Both the position numbers and the translations under genes were made by a program. Positions 1-10,211 of a DNA stretch of 64,000 nucleotides are shown in pieces. The stretch comes from Sodaliphilus sp. (GTDB taxonomy: Bacteria; Bacillota_I; Bacilli_A; RFN20; CAG-826). Below the pieces are notes generated by a model that saw only the letters and a list, made by a program, of their open reading frames with translations, had not been told where the DNA came from and searched no databases. The stretch spans positions 48,378 through 112,377 of the forward strand of contig CAVIJE010000001.1 of assembly GCA_963643355.1 (NCBI GenBank), in the 5' to 3' direction. How positions within the stretch are numbered: position 1 is the stretch's first letter; every line of letters begins with the position of its first letter.

Positions 1-1
1 T

Positions 2-184
2 CCTCTAACAAGGGCCGATCCTTTGCCTCAGCCAACCGACGATATGACTTTGGAAGAAAAGGTTAAACTTGCCGAAGGAAATTTACGCCGTGCAAATCGC
101 GAACTTATTGGCAACGAAGCCTATGCTAAAGTCATTCAAGATTATAACGACGCTGTTGCCGCTCTTGAAGCAAGCAAAAAATAA
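2..184 (+). CDS. 3' end of an upstream ORF, or a small helical protein starting at ATG 44; stop TAA at 182-184
   Basis: The frame is open from position 2 to the TAA at 182-184. The translation ends ...EEKVKLAEGNLRRANRELIGNEAYAKVIQDYNDAVAALEASKK. I recognise no family, and it does not match a SecA C-terminus. Confidence 0.3.
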   Translation, partial: PLTRADPLPQPTDDMTLEEKVKLAEGNLRRANRELIGNEAYAKVIQDYNDAVAALEASKK

Positions 185-226
185 TTTTTGAACTCAAAAA
201 GAATAACAAATAATAAAAAGGAATAT

Positions 227-1343
227 ATGAAAGAGCTAGTCGAATTAAAACAAGAAAGCCAAGAAATTGGAAAACTCGTTTCGCAGCTCGGTGGTTCTCT
301 TTGACCTCGCTAAGCTAAAAAACGAAATAGACACATTGAGTGAAGAACAAAATAAAGAAGATTTTTGGAACGACCAAAAATCAGCTTTAGAAGTTGTTAA
401 TAAACTCAATGACGCCAAATATAAATATGATACCTATAACCAAATCCAAGGGGATTTTGCAGGGGTTTTTGAGCTTTTGAACGATTCTGATGCTAATTCA
501 GAAGAGATGAGAGAACTCATAGAAGAAACCATTGTCGCCCTAAAGAAAAAGATCCATGAATTAAGAAATAATTTACTTTTCACTGGTGAATACGACTCTT
601 TAAATGCGACGATTGAAATTCACCCAGGGGCCGGGGGAACGGAAGCCCAAGATTGGGCGGATATGCTTTTTAGAATGTATGGCCGTTGGGCTGAAAAACA
701 TCATTATAAATGGCAAGTATATTCATATGAAAGTGGAGAAGAAGCCGGTATGAAATCTTGCATGGTTAAAATATCTGGCAAAAATGCCTATGGTCTTCTA
801 AAAGGAGAAAAAGGCGTTCATCGTTTAGTACGCATTTCTCCATTTGATGCGAATGCTAGAAGGCATACTTCTTTCGCTTCAGTAAACGTTGTGCCTGAAT
901 TCGGCAAGGTTGCTGATGTTGTTATCGATCCAAAGGATTTGCGCGTCGATACATTCCGTTCTGGCGGAGCAGGTGGTCAAAACGTTAATAAAGTTTCTTC
1001 TGCCGTCAGAATTACTCATTTACCTACAGGAATAGTTGTTTCATGCGAAATTGAACGTTCTCAATTATTTAATAAGCAAACCTGCATGGAAATGCTTGCA
1101 GATAAGCTCATGCAAAGAAAACTTGAAGAACGTGATGCCAAAATGAAATCAATCGTAGGCGAACAAAAAAATATTGAATGGGGCTCACAAATACGCTCAT
1201 ATGTATTTTGCCCATATACTATGGTTAAAGATCTTCGTACCGATTACGAAACTGCCGATGTTACAGGCGTAATGGATGGAGACATAGATAACTTTTTATC
1301 AGCATATCTAGAAATGCTTTCTAGAGAGGGAAGACAAGGATAG
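227..1343 (+). CDS. prfB: peptide chain release factor 2, with a programmed +1 ribosomal frameshift (CTT TGA C at 299-305)
   Basis: ATG 227 opens a 25-codon frame that ends at in-frame TGA 302-304, preceded by the SD-like GGTGG. The +1 frame, the track ORF 267..1343, encodes a 358-aa RF2 body with the SPF/GGQ region (RSGGAGGQNVNK). The CUU UGA C slippery site is the canonical RF2 autoregulatory site. Confidence 0.9.
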
Positions 1344-1349
1344 AAAATT

Positions 1350-2360
1350 ATGAAGGGGAAAATCAAACAAGTTACTCGTTCTAGTGCTTATAAGAAATCT
1401 AAGGATTTTATTCTCGTAATCATTGGGTGCGTTCTTTTTGCTTTTGGCGATGCTGTTTTCCTTAATAAGTGGGATATTGTTTCCGGCGGAGTTTCCTCCG
1501 TTGGTATTATGATCGATACTTTAGTTGAGCCTTTATTGGGCTTTGGAATTCGTGATATTGTTGTAGCTTTTGCTCAAATAGCTTTGTGGTTCTTGGGGCT
1601 TTTCTTACTAGGCAAGAAGTTTTCTATAAAAACAGCTGTTGCAATGATTGCTTATCCTGCATTTTACGCCTTGTTTTATCGTTTAGATGTCGGAACACAT
1701 TTAGGATTAAGCGGGCTTTATCCTCCAGAAGGTGTTTCCTTAACCACACATGTGCTTAGTGGAAGCGATGTTTCAAACCTTATAATTTGTGCCATTATTG
1801 GCGGAATACTTGATGGCATTGCTGTTGGGATGGCTTTCTTAGGACATGCTTCGACAGGTGGTTTTGCCATTCTTTCAAGTATTTTAGCTAAGTTTACTAG
1901 CGTGAAAGAAGACGTATCAAGTTTCTTAATCGACGGCATTTTGATTATCATGGCCACCTTACTTAGATTGTCTCAGCCAAGCATTGGAATATGTTGTTTA
2001 GGCGGCATTCTTTCTTCAATGGCTTGCTCTATCGCTATTCAATTCGTTTATATAAACGCAGATCGTTACGTTATTTGCGATGTCATATCCGATAAATACC
2101 AAGAAATATCTGATTTTGTAATTAAAGATTTAGATCATTCAGTCACACTTATTGACGCGATTGGCGGCTATACTGGAGAAAAAAGAAAATTGCTTCGAGC
2201 AATAATCAATAAATCTGAGCAAACGGATCTTGAAAGAAAGATAGCAGAAGTTGATCCTAACGCATTCGTTTCATTTTATAAAGCTAACACCATTAATGGC
2301 GAAGGATTCCTTCCTCTTTCAATGAGAAAAAAGAAAAAAGGAGAGAAAAAAGATGAGTGA
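1350..2360 (+). CDS. YitT-family membrane protein (DUF161 membrane domain plus C-terminal DUF2179)
   Basis: 336 aa with several predicted TM helices and a soluble C-terminal domain typical of YitT. It is tightly linked to prfB and uvrB. Confidence 0.7.
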   Translation: MKGKIKQVTRSSAYKKSKDFILVIIGCVLFAFGDAVFLNKWDIVSGGVSSVGIMIDTLVEPLLGFGIRDIVVAFAQIALWFLGLFLLGKKFSIKTAVAMIAYPAFYALFYRLDVGTHLGLSGLYPPEGVSLTTHVLSGSDVSNLIICAIIGGILDGIAVGMAFLGHASTGGFAILSSILAKFTSVKEDVSSFLIDGILIIMATLLRLSQPSIGICCLGGILSSMACSIAIQFVYINADRYVICDVISDKYQEISDFVIKDLDHSVTLIDAIGGYTGEKRKLLRAIINKSEQTDLERKIAEVDPNAFVSFYKANTINGEGFLPLSMRKKKKGEKKDE

Positions 2361-4344
2361 TGCAACTCATCCATTTAAATTAGTCTCCCCTTTTAAACCG
2401 ACAGGGGATCAGCCTAAAGCCATTCAGGAAGTTCTTAAAGGAATTGAAGATGGCAAACATTTTCAAGTCATTAAAGGAGCAACTGGAACTGGCAAAACGT
2501 TTACTGATGCAAATATTATTGCCGCGCTAAATAGGCCGACTCTTGTCCTCGTTCATAACAAAACCTTAGCTTCGCAGCTATATGGTGAATTTAAAGAACT
2601 CTTTCCTGAAAATAGAGTGGAATATTTTGTTTCTAACTTCGATTTTTATCAGCCTGAAGCATACGTTCCAAAAACTGATACATACATTGCGAAAGACGCA
2701 ATGATGAATGATGAAATAGAACAATTAAGAACTAGTGCTGTTAATTCTATTTTAGAAAGAAGAGATACGATTGTTGTAGCATCTGTGGCGGCCATATATG
2801 GATTAAGCGATCCTGAAGAATACGCGGGATTGGTTTTTGAAATTAGAGTTGGCGAAACCTTAGATCGTAATAAATTTTTCAAAAGACTCGTTGATTCTCA
2901 ATACACCAGAAACAATTTTGATTTAAATCCAGGTAATTTTAGAGTTCATGGAGATTTGATAGATATATGCCCAATGACCCCAAGCGATTATTACATTCGA
3001 ATCGAGTGCTTTGGCGATGATGTCGAACGTATTGCCGAAGTTGATAAATTGAGCGGTGAAACACGAAAACTTTATCATACCTTCCCAATATATCCAGCAT
3101 ACGATCACGCTTCATCTAGAAATAGAATAAATGCGGCATGTAAGACTATTTCCGAGGAATTAGAAGAACGCCTAGCCTATTTTAGGCCAGAGGGGAAACT
3201 GCTTGAAGCTGAGCGTCTTGAGATGAGAACAAGGCAAGACGTTGAATCGATGCAAGAATTCGGGAGATGCCCTGGAATTGAAAATTACTCTCGCCATATT
3301 GATGGAAGAAAAGAAGGAGAAAGACCATTCTGCTTAATGGATTATTTTCCTGATGATTATCTTTTACTCGTTGACGAATCACATGTCACATTCTCTCAAG
3401 TAAGAGGGATGTATTTCGGCGATCGTTCTAGAAAAGAAACGTTAGTTGAATATGGCTTCCGTCTTCCTTCAGCCTTAGACAACAGGCCATTGAATTTTGA
3501 TGAATTTGAAAAACTAATGGCTAAAAATGTCGTTTGCACCTCTGCCACGCCTGGCGAATACGAGCTCACTAAAGCGAATAACGAAGTCGTTGAACAAGTT
3601 ATTAGGCCAACCGGTTTACTTGACCCTGTAATCGAAATTAGAAAGCCTTTAGGCCAAATCGATGATATGATGCAAGAAATTAACGAACGCATCAAAAAGA
3701 ATGAACGCGTGATGATTGTTACATTAACAATTAAAATGGCGGAAGACCTTACGGCTTATCTAAAAGGAGAAGGAATAAAGGTTACTTATCTCCAAAACGA
3801 AACGAAAACCCTAGAACGTACTGAAATAATTTATCAATTAAGAAAAGGAAAGTACGATGTTCTTGTTGGCATCAATCTTCTTCGTGAAGGATTGGACATT
3901 CCAGAGGTTTCTTTAATTTGCATCCTTGATGCGGATAAAGAGGGTTTCTTACGTTCGAAAACATCATTAATACAAATTACAGGACGTGCCGCAAGAAATG
4001 CAAATGGCAAGGTAATCATGTATGCCGATTATATGACCGATTCAATGCGCGGATGCATAAATGAAACGAATCGCAGAAGAAGCATACAAGAAGCGTACAA
4101 TTTAGAGCATAATATAACTCCAAAAACTATCGTTAAAGATATACGTCCTCCATTATCTAACTCAGAAGCGGAAGAAGATAAGATTGAGAAATCAATTCGT
4201 AAGAAGCTTTCTAAGAAAGACAAAGAAACACAAATCAAGAAACTTGAAAAAGAAATGCGTGACGCAGCCAAGGTATACGATTTTGAAAGAGCGGCTAAAA
4301 TTCGTGATATTATTTTTGAATTAAAAGGAGAATCAGCCTTATGA
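2353..4344 (+). CDS. uvrB: excinuclease ABC subunit B
   Basis: 663 aa. It has a Walker A motif (GATGTGKTF), helicase motifs and the C-terminal UvrB/UvrC interaction helix (DFERAAKIRD). Confidence 0.95.
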   Translation: MSDATHPFKLVSPFKPTGDQPKAIQEVLKGIEDGKHFQVIKGATGTGKTFTDANIIAALNRPTLVLVHNKTLASQLYGEFKELFPENRVEYFVSNFDFYQPEAYVPKTDTYIAKDAMMNDEIEQLRTSAVNSILERRDTIVVASVAAIYGLSDPEEYAGLVFEIRVGETLDRNKFFKRLVDSQYTRNNFDLNPGNFRVHGDLIDICPMTPSDYYIRIECFGDDVERIAEVDKLSGETRKLYHTFPIYPAYDHASSRNRINAACKTISEELEERLAYFRPEGKLLEAERLEMRTRQDVESMQEFGRCPGIENYSRHIDGRKEGERPFCLMDYFPDDYLLLVDESHVTFSQVRGMYFGDRSRKETLVEYGFRLPSALDNRPLNFDEFEKLMAKNVVCTSATPGEYELTKANNEVVEQVIRPTGLLDPVIEIRKPLGQIDDMMQEINERIKKNERVMIVTLTIKMAEDLTAYLKGEGIKVTYLQNETKTLERTEIIYQLRKGKYDVLVGINLLREGLDIPEVSLICILDADKEGFLRSKTSLIQITGRAARNANGKVIMYADYMTDSMRGCINETNRRRSIQEAYNLEHNITPKTIVKDIRPPLSNSEAEEDKIEKSIRKKLSKKDKETQIKKLEKEMRDAAKVYDFERAAKIRDIIFELKGESAL

Positions 4345-4970
4345 TGAAACATAATTATTACTACTTTGATTTTGACGGAACATTAGGGAATTCTCTTCCT
4401 GGATTAGTCAACCCTTTTCAGATGGCTTTCGCTAAAGAAGGCGTCATCTTAGATGAAGATGGTGTTCGTGAATTAACACATATGGCTTTCGTTCAGATGT
4501 GCGCAAAATTTGGCATCAAAGATGAAAAGAAGATTCTTTCTCTTTACCAATATCTCAACAAAAAAATGTTCGATGAAGAAGAAATTGCTAAAGTAACAAT
4601 CTTTCCTGAAGTGAAAGAAGTGTTAACGAAATTGAAAAAAGAAGGGGTGCGTATAGCTATTGTTTCAGGAAATCATACTGATTATATCGAGAAAGTGTTG
4701 GCCGCAAATGGCTTAAATAATTATTTTGATTTTGTCGTTGGAGGAAATACTGTCGCTAAACCAAAACCATATGCTGATCCTCTTTTGAAAGCGATCGAAC
4801 TTTCAGGTAGCCCAAGCAAAACTGACTGCATCTACATCGGAGATTCTCTTCAAGATGTTGCTTGTGCGAAAAACGCCGGTATCGATGGCATACTTTTAGA
4901 TAGAAGAAACGAATATCTTGATTATCACGAGAAAAAGATATGTACTTTAGAGGGGGCGCTAGATGAATAA
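4341..4970 (+). CDS. HAD-superfamily hydrolase (phosphoglycolate-phosphatase-like)
   Basis: N-terminal DxDGTL motif (FDFDGTLG) and a later GDS..D motif. Its start overlaps the uvrB stop. Confidence 0.7.
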   Translation: MMKHNYYYFDFDGTLGNSLPGLVNPFQMAFAKEGVILDEDGVRELTHMAFVQMCAKFGIKDEKKILSLYQYLNKKMFDEEEIAKVTIFPEVKEVLTKLKKEGVRIAIVSGNHTDYIEKVLAANGLNNYFDFVVGGNTVAKPKPYADPLLKAIELSGSPSKTDCIYIGDSLQDVACAKNAGIDGILLDRRNEYLDYHEKKICTLEGALDE

Positions 4971-5811
4971 TTTAGAAACGGCAAATATCTTTTTCTGCTT
5001 GGATGATAAATGCTTTGATGGGTTATTGATAACATGTCTTTCTATGGCAAAAACAACGAAGCATCCGCTTAATATTTTTGTCGGGACTGGAAAATTCTCC
5101 ACCAAGAAAAAAGAATACTTGCCTTTTAAACAAAGCCAGCTTGATTTTATTGCTAAAAGTATAAAAAAATATAATCAGAACGTCAACTTTACCTTGCTCG
5201 ATCTTACCGATGAAACGATGAAACATCTTGGAAAATCAGTAAATCTTAATGGTAAATTCTCCCCTTTAAGCATGATTAGACTTCTTTCTGATTTCCATCC
5301 TGAATTTGGCGATAAACTGCTATATTTAGACGTTGATCTTGTCATCATGGATGATATCTATAAAGTTTATTCGACTGATTTAGGAAACAACGATATTGGA
5401 ATGGTAAGAGATGAAGTAGGGTCGCATTGGCTTGGCAAAAATTACTGCAATTCCGGCGTCCTTTTGATGAATTTAGCAAAATTAAGAGAAGATCACAATT
5501 TTGACATCGTTCGAAAAAAAGTAATTAATAACAAATATTTCATGCCAGACCAAACGGCTTTAAATAGAGGTTTAAAGAAAACAAAACAAATTCTTTCCCC
5601 AAGATTCAACGATCAACATTTTATCCATAAAGATACGGTTGTTAGACATTATTGCCAATGGGTCAAAGTCCATAATAAAGGAATAGGTAATGTCGCAGAA
5701 AAACCTTGGAATGTTGATAAATTTAGAAAAACATACGGAAAGGAGACGCATAAGGACGTTTTGGATGAATTCCTTCTTCTTAAAGAAGAATATTCAAACG
5801 AAAATAAGTAA
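4963..5811 (+). CDS. family 8 glycosyltransferase (GspA / LPS 1,2-glycosyltransferase-like)
   Basis: GT8 motifs are present: YLDVDLVIMDDI (a DxD-containing segment) and NSGVLLMNL. Confidence 0.7.
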   Translation: MNNLETANIFFCLDDKCFDGLLITCLSMAKTTKHPLNIFVGTGKFSTKKKEYLPFKQSQLDFIAKSIKKYNQNVNFTLLDLTDETMKHLGKSVNLNGKFSPLSMIRLLSDFHPEFGDKLLYLDVDLVIMDDIYKVYSTDLGNNDIGMVRDEVGSHWLGKNYCNSGVLLMNLAKLREDHNFDIVRKKVINNKYFMPDQTALNRGLKKTKQILSPRFNDQHFIHKDTVVRHYCQWVKVHNKGIGNVAEKPWNVDKFRKTYGKETHKDVLDEFLLLKEEYSNENK

Positions 5812-5904
5812 TGAATCAATCATTCTTTCATTGCGAAAATCTCATTTCTATAATAAAGTTATATGGCGTTCTTTTAAAGAATGTGCGTTTAGGTAAATAA
5901 AATT

Positions 5905-6216
5905 ATGCATTGGTACGATATTATCTTTATCATCATTTCATTGATTGTTATAGTTCTCTCCCTTCTCCAAGGTGGTAAATCTGAAGGTGCTTCAGGTGCT
6001 ATTACTGGCGGAGGATTGAATGTTTTTGCTAAAACAAAAGAAAGAGGATCTGAAAAAATCGTTTCTTGGTTAACGTTCGGATTTGGCATTCTCTTCTTAT
6101 TTATGGCAATTCTCGTAATGTTGATGAATAACACTTCATCGAGCTCATCTTCCTCATCTTCTTCGGAATCGACTGCGGCAGCCATCTCGATGATTCTCCC
6201 ATTTCTCGGCTTATAA
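5905..6216 (+). CDS. secG: preprotein translocase subunit SecG, with an unusual poly-Ser C-terminal extension
   Basis: N-terminal TM helix followed by the SecG Gly-rich region (GGKSEGASGAITGGG...FG). 103 aa. Confidence 0.75.
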   Translation: MHWYDIIFIIISLIVIVLSLLQGGKSEGASGAITGGGLNVFAKTKERGSEKIVSWLTFGFGILFLFMAILVMLMNNTSSSSSSSSSSESTAAAISMILPFLGL

Positions 6217-6220
6217 TTGA

Positions 6221-6262
6221 AATGAAAAACCTCCTAAGCGAAAAGTCTTAGGAGGTTTTTGT
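6221..6262. terminator. bidirectional intrinsic terminator between secG and the convergent AcnX operon
   Basis: Hairpin CCTCCTAAG-n-CTTAGGAGG flanked by A- and T-runs. Confidence 0.6.
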
Positions 6263-6270
6263 TACTTTGA

Positions 6271-6714
6271 TTAGGCAACGATTACCGTGCCATCTTCTTT
6301 TATTTCAATTGTATCGCCAGTTTTCACCGCTTCTAGGAATTCGTCTCCTAACTCATCGATTGCAATTAATCCAGCGTTATTCCAAACGTTAGATAAAATA
6401 ATGCCAGAAGCTGCTAAAGGGTCGATGTGATGTGAGAATAGCCATGCTTTTGGAGCGAGGTTTCTAACAGCGATTGTTTGAATGACCATTCCTCCTGTAG
6501 TGGAACCAATCGTTTCAGGCATGCATAAAGCTTTACCAGTGATGTTTTTCTTATACAAGTCTTTATTATTTTGGTCAGAGACTATTATTTTTTTCGATGT
6601 CGCCAATAAAGCACTGGTTTGACAAGAAGCTAAGGTATTAAACCCTTCATGCGATACAACAGCCTCGCCCTTCCAAGCGCTTGCTGCGATAACACGTCCA
6701 TGGAATTCTTTCAT
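6271..6714 (-). CDS. aconitase X small (swivel) subunit, DUF126 family
   Basis: 147 aa. The C-terminal GDxxxxxxDG region (KTGDTIEIKEDGTV) and overall pattern fit AcnX small subunits. It lies directly downstream of the large subunit, separated by 1 nt. Confidence 0.65.
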   Translation of the reverse strand: MKEFHGRVIAASAWKGEAVVSHEGFNTLASCQTSALLATSKKIIVSDQNNKDLYKKNITGKALCMPETIGSTTGGMVIQTIAVRNLAPKAWLFSHHIDPLAASGIILSNVWNNAGLIAIDELGDEFLEAVKTGDTIEIKEDGTVIVA

Positions 6715-6715
6715 C

Positions 6716-8017
6716 TTATTTGACCTCCTTTTGACCAGTTATTATTTCTAGTACATCTTTATCTTTGAAATATCGTGCTTTAGTGTATGTTCTTAATTTG
6801 TTTGAATTTGTCATCAAAGTCTTTTTTCCCGAAATTGGATTGTCAGCATACATAAGCGGGCAAATATAGGAAACGTGTGCACCTGTTTCTAATAATTTCT
6901 TATATCTTTCCTCTTTTTGGAATTCTTTTATAACAGCAGGAGAAGTTGTTAAAACAGTATCAACAACAAGTTTCTTTTTGCCACTCTTTTTAAGTCCATC
7001 AATAATATCATCGGTCCATACTTCTAATTGTTTTAGAGTTAAATGAGGACATCCTATAAAGCAACGGTGTACCTTAGCGTCTGCCTTCTTCCACATTACC
7101 GGATAAGCTTTGTAGACTCTTTCGAGTTCCTCATCATCAATGACATACTCTTTGGCGTTTTCCTTGATTAAGCTTTCACCTAATTCTTTTGCTTCAGGAG
7201 TTATTCCATCGATGTGGTAAAGACCGACAGCACCATTAGAAGCAGTTGCAGCACCAAAATCCTTTAAATAGGCGATCGTATCTTCATTTGGAAGGTTATC
7301 TAGGTATTTGTCTAACCCAATAACATAAGGGACCTCAGCCATGACTTTTAAGCCTATTGCAGAGCCTAATATTTGCGCTTCTGGTTTCTTGCTTGTTTTT
7401 AATATGATTTTCCAATCAGCCTTTCTTCCCTCGTCGGTTATAAAGCCAAAATTAGGAGTTTTTCCTAAAATGGCTTCAAACATATCTAAAATTCCGGAGT
7501 TTCTATTGCATCTTGCTCCTAGAACGGAGTTAGCAAAGACAACTGCAGACGACTCACTCCAAGCTAAGATATCGCCTTTTTTTGGCGTGTTTCCCATTTC
7601 TTTTAGATAACAGGTGCAAGAGAATGCTTCCTCGGCATTTGTTAATCCAATTTTCTTTAACTGATCTTCGTATAAGTCTTGCTTGTTATACATAAAATGA
7701 TTAAAGACTAATTTTTCAATTGGATCGCATTTTACGTTCTCGTAGTCAAGTGGGCGTGGATCCATAGTAAAACCGCCTTCAACCACCAATCCGGCGGCAA
7801 TAAGTTCATCCATCAAAGGATAAACGCCTTTGAGAAGCCCTAAGCCAAAGCTTGTAACAAAATGAGCTTTTTTATGTGTGACAGGAATTAATCTATCTGC
7901 TCCGAAAGCATCGCCATACCTAACGACTACTTCCATTATTTTCGCCTTAGTTTCGCCTTGCTTGCCTTCTAAGATTTCTAACTCTTCTGGAGTTAATTTC
8001 ATTTTTGGTTGATACAT
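6716..8017 (-). CDS. aconitase X catalytic (large) subunit, DUF521 family (cis-3-hydroxy-L-proline dehydratase / mevalonate-5-phosphate dehydratase family)
   Basis: 433 aa. The N-terminus, L..EELEILEGKQGETKAKIMEVVVRYGDAFGADRLIPVTHKKAHF, matches the AcnX N-terminal signature. Conserved Cys residues suit an Fe-S dehydratase. Confidence 0.7.
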   Translation of the reverse strand: MYQPKMKLTPEELEILEGKQGETKAKIMEVVVRYGDAFGADRLIPVTHKKAHFVTSFGLGLLKGVYPLMDELIAAGLVVEGGFTMDPRPLDYENVKCDPIEKLVFNHFMYNKQDLYEDQLKKIGLTNAEEAFSCTCYLKEMGNTPKKGDILAWSESSAVVFANSVLGARCNRNSGILDMFEAILGKTPNFGFITDEGRKADWKIILKTSKKPEAQILGSAIGLKVMAEVPYVIGLDKYLDNLPNEDTIAYLKDFGAATASNGAVGLYHIDGITPEAKELGESLIKENAKEYVIDDEELERVYKAYPVMWKKADAKVHRCFIGCPHLTLKQLEVWTDDIIDGLKKSGKKKLVVDTVLTTSPAVIKEFQKEERYKKLLETGAHVSYICPLMYADNPISGKKTLMTNSNKLRTYTKARYFKDKDVLEIITGQKEVK

Positions 8018-8031
8018 GTCTCGCTCCTTTT

Positions 8032-10080
8032 TTAAATTTTCATAACCGTTTCATATGCGCACCAAATCGCTGAACGGAGGTTTCCGACCTTTTTGCAATC
8101 GCCAACCAAATGGACATTTTTGCCTTCTTGAGTTAATGGAGTTGGTTTATATCCAATCGAAAGAATTACAGTATCAGCAGGAATTTCGATATCGCCATTT
8201 TTCGTTTTGCAAATGATTTTGTCATCTTTTATTTCTTTTAAGCATGTTTCAAGGTAGACAGGAATCTTATGTAATGCGAAATAATCTCTAAGGTACTGGG
8301 AATTTGCCATACATACGCCTTTTTGCTTAACGAGATCGTCCATCGCTTCAACGATTGCAACCTCTTTGCCGTCTAAGGCTAATTCATATGCGCATTCGCA
8401 ACCCGTTAATCCTCCGCCAACAACAACTATTTTGTTGCCGACTTTTGCACCATTTAAGAAATCTGTCGCATCCATTGCTTTTTCAATTCCAGGAAGAGGG
8501 AATTTCTTAGCAACGCTTCCTGTGCAAATTATGTATTCATCTGCTTTGATATCTTTAATATTCTTAATTTCCGTATTGAGGTGAACTGGAATATCCATTT
8601 CTTTCATTTGAAGAATATACCAAGCTAATAAATCTCTTAATTTTCCTTTGAATGAAGCAGCGGAAGCAGGAACAAATACGCCACCTAAATGATCGCTCTT
8701 TTCGTAAATTTCAGGTTTATGCCCACGGAGTTTTGCTACACGTGCCGCTTCCATTCCGCCAATGCCACCACCTATGATAGCGATTGTTTTTGGAGAAGTG
8801 GTTTTCTTAATGTAATGAACATTTGTTTGCATCGTTTCAGCATTAACTGCGCAACGGGCGAGATGTAAGGAATCTTGAAGACTTTGATCGTTTGCCGTTC
8901 CTTTATAGTGGCACATGTTGAAACAGCCGTTGTGGCAATAAATACAAGGCCTTATTTCTTCTGGATGACCTTCTTTAAGTTTAGTTACCCATGCGCCATC
9001 GGCTAAGAATGGACGAGCGTAACCAACTGCATCAATTTTTCCTTCTTCTATTGCCTTTGCGCCTGCGTATGGGGACATTCTTCCCGCAACAACGACTGGA
9101 ATATCAACGAATTTTTTAATATGCTCAACTTCTTCGAGGTTGCAGTTTTCTGGCATATATATTGGTGGATGAGCCCAATACCAAGCATCATACGTTCCGT
9201 TATCGCAGTTAAGCATGTCATATCCTGCATCTTGGAGATATTTCGCTGCTTTTTCTGATTCTGCCATGTCTCTTCCTGCTTCGACGAATTCTTCGCCAGG
9301 CAAAGCTCCCGATCTAAATCCTTTAGTTTTTGATACAACTGAATAACGTAAAGAAACAGGGAAATCCTTTCCACAAACTTCTTTGATTGCTTTAACGATT
9401 TCTACTGGGAAACGATACCTATTTTCAAAACTTCCGCCATATTCATCAGTACGTTTATTGACATATTTAAGAGTGAATTGATCGAGCATATATCCTTCAT
9501 GGACAGCATGGATTTCTACTCCATCCACGCCAGCATCTTTCAATAACTTTGCAGTTTTGGCGAAAGCATCAATAAATTTATGAATTTCCTTGATGGTCAT
9601 TTCTCTAGAAGGAACCTTATCCGACCAAACATTAGGAGAGGCGCTAGATGAAGCGCAAATCTTATCAAAATTTAAAACTGGTTTTGATAAAACGCGTAAG
9701 AATTTATTCGTATAAAGCTTCTCCATTGTTGGAGATATAGTAAACGATCTTCCAAAGCCGGCTGTAAGTTGGATGAACATTTTCGCTCCATGTTTATGAA
9801 TTTCATCCATGAATGGCTTTAATTTTTTAAACATGCCTTTCTTCTTATATAGCCATTGGCCAAACATTGGATTGTAGACTGGCTGAATACCAGGCAAGAT
9901 AAGACCAACATCGTGTTCTGCCTTATCTAGCAAAAACTTTGCTGCTTCCTTATCGAAATGGTTAATCTCCATCCATCCGAATAGGGATGTTCCGCCCATT
10001 GAGGTCATAACAAAACGGTTTTTGATCTCACAGTTGCCAATCTTCCATGGCGTGAAAAGAGGTTCTAATTTTTCATCCAT
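8032..10080 (-). CDS. Old Yellow Enzyme-family FMN oxidoreductase fused to a FAD/NAD(P)-binding domain (2-enoate reductase / 2,4-dienoyl-CoA reductase family)
   Basis: 682 aa. It has an N-terminal OYE TIM barrel and an inter-domain 4Fe-4S motif CIYCHNGCFNMC. The C-terminus has two Rossmann GxGxxG motifs (IAIIGGGIGG and VVVGGGLTG). Confidence 0.8.
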   Translation of the reverse strand: MDEKLEPLFTPWKIGNCEIKNRFVMTSMGGTSLFGWMEINHFDKEAAKFLLDKAEHDVGLILPGIQPVYNPMFGQWLYKKKGMFKKLKPFMDEIHKHGAKMFIQLTAGFGRSFTISPTMEKLYTNKFLRVLSKPVLNFDKICASSSASPNVWSDKVPSREMTIKEIHKFIDAFAKTAKLLKDAGVDGVEIHAVHEGYMLDQFTLKYVNKRTDEYGGSFENRYRFPVEIVKAIKEVCGKDFPVSLRYSVVSKTKGFRSGALPGEEFVEAGRDMAESEKAAKYLQDAGYDMLNCDNGTYDAWYWAHPPIYMPENCNLEEVEHIKKFVDIPVVVAGRMSPYAGAKAIEEGKIDAVGYARPFLADGAWVTKLKEGHPEEIRPCIYCHNGCFNMCHYKGTANDQSLQDSLHLARCAVNAETMQTNVHYIKKTTSPKTIAIIGGGIGGMEAARVAKLRGHKPEIYEKSDHLGGVFVPASAASFKGKLRDLLAWYILQMKEMDIPVHLNTEIKNIKDIKADEYIICTGSVAKKFPLPGIEKAMDATDFLNGAKVGNKIVVVGGGLTGCECAYELALDGKEVAIVEAMDDLVKQKGVCMANSQYLRDYFALHKIPVYLETCLKEIKDDKIICKTKNGDIEIPADTVILSIGYKPTPLTQEGKNVHLVGDCKKVGNLRSAIWCAYETVMKI

Positions 10081-10211
10081 ACTTTTTTCTCCTTGATACG
10101 AAATTATTATATAAAATTATTTTTATATCAGTCTATAATTATCGGTTTAAAAATATGCATTTCGTGCAATAAAACAAGACGCATAATAAAATACATTACG
10201 AAGGTGAATTT

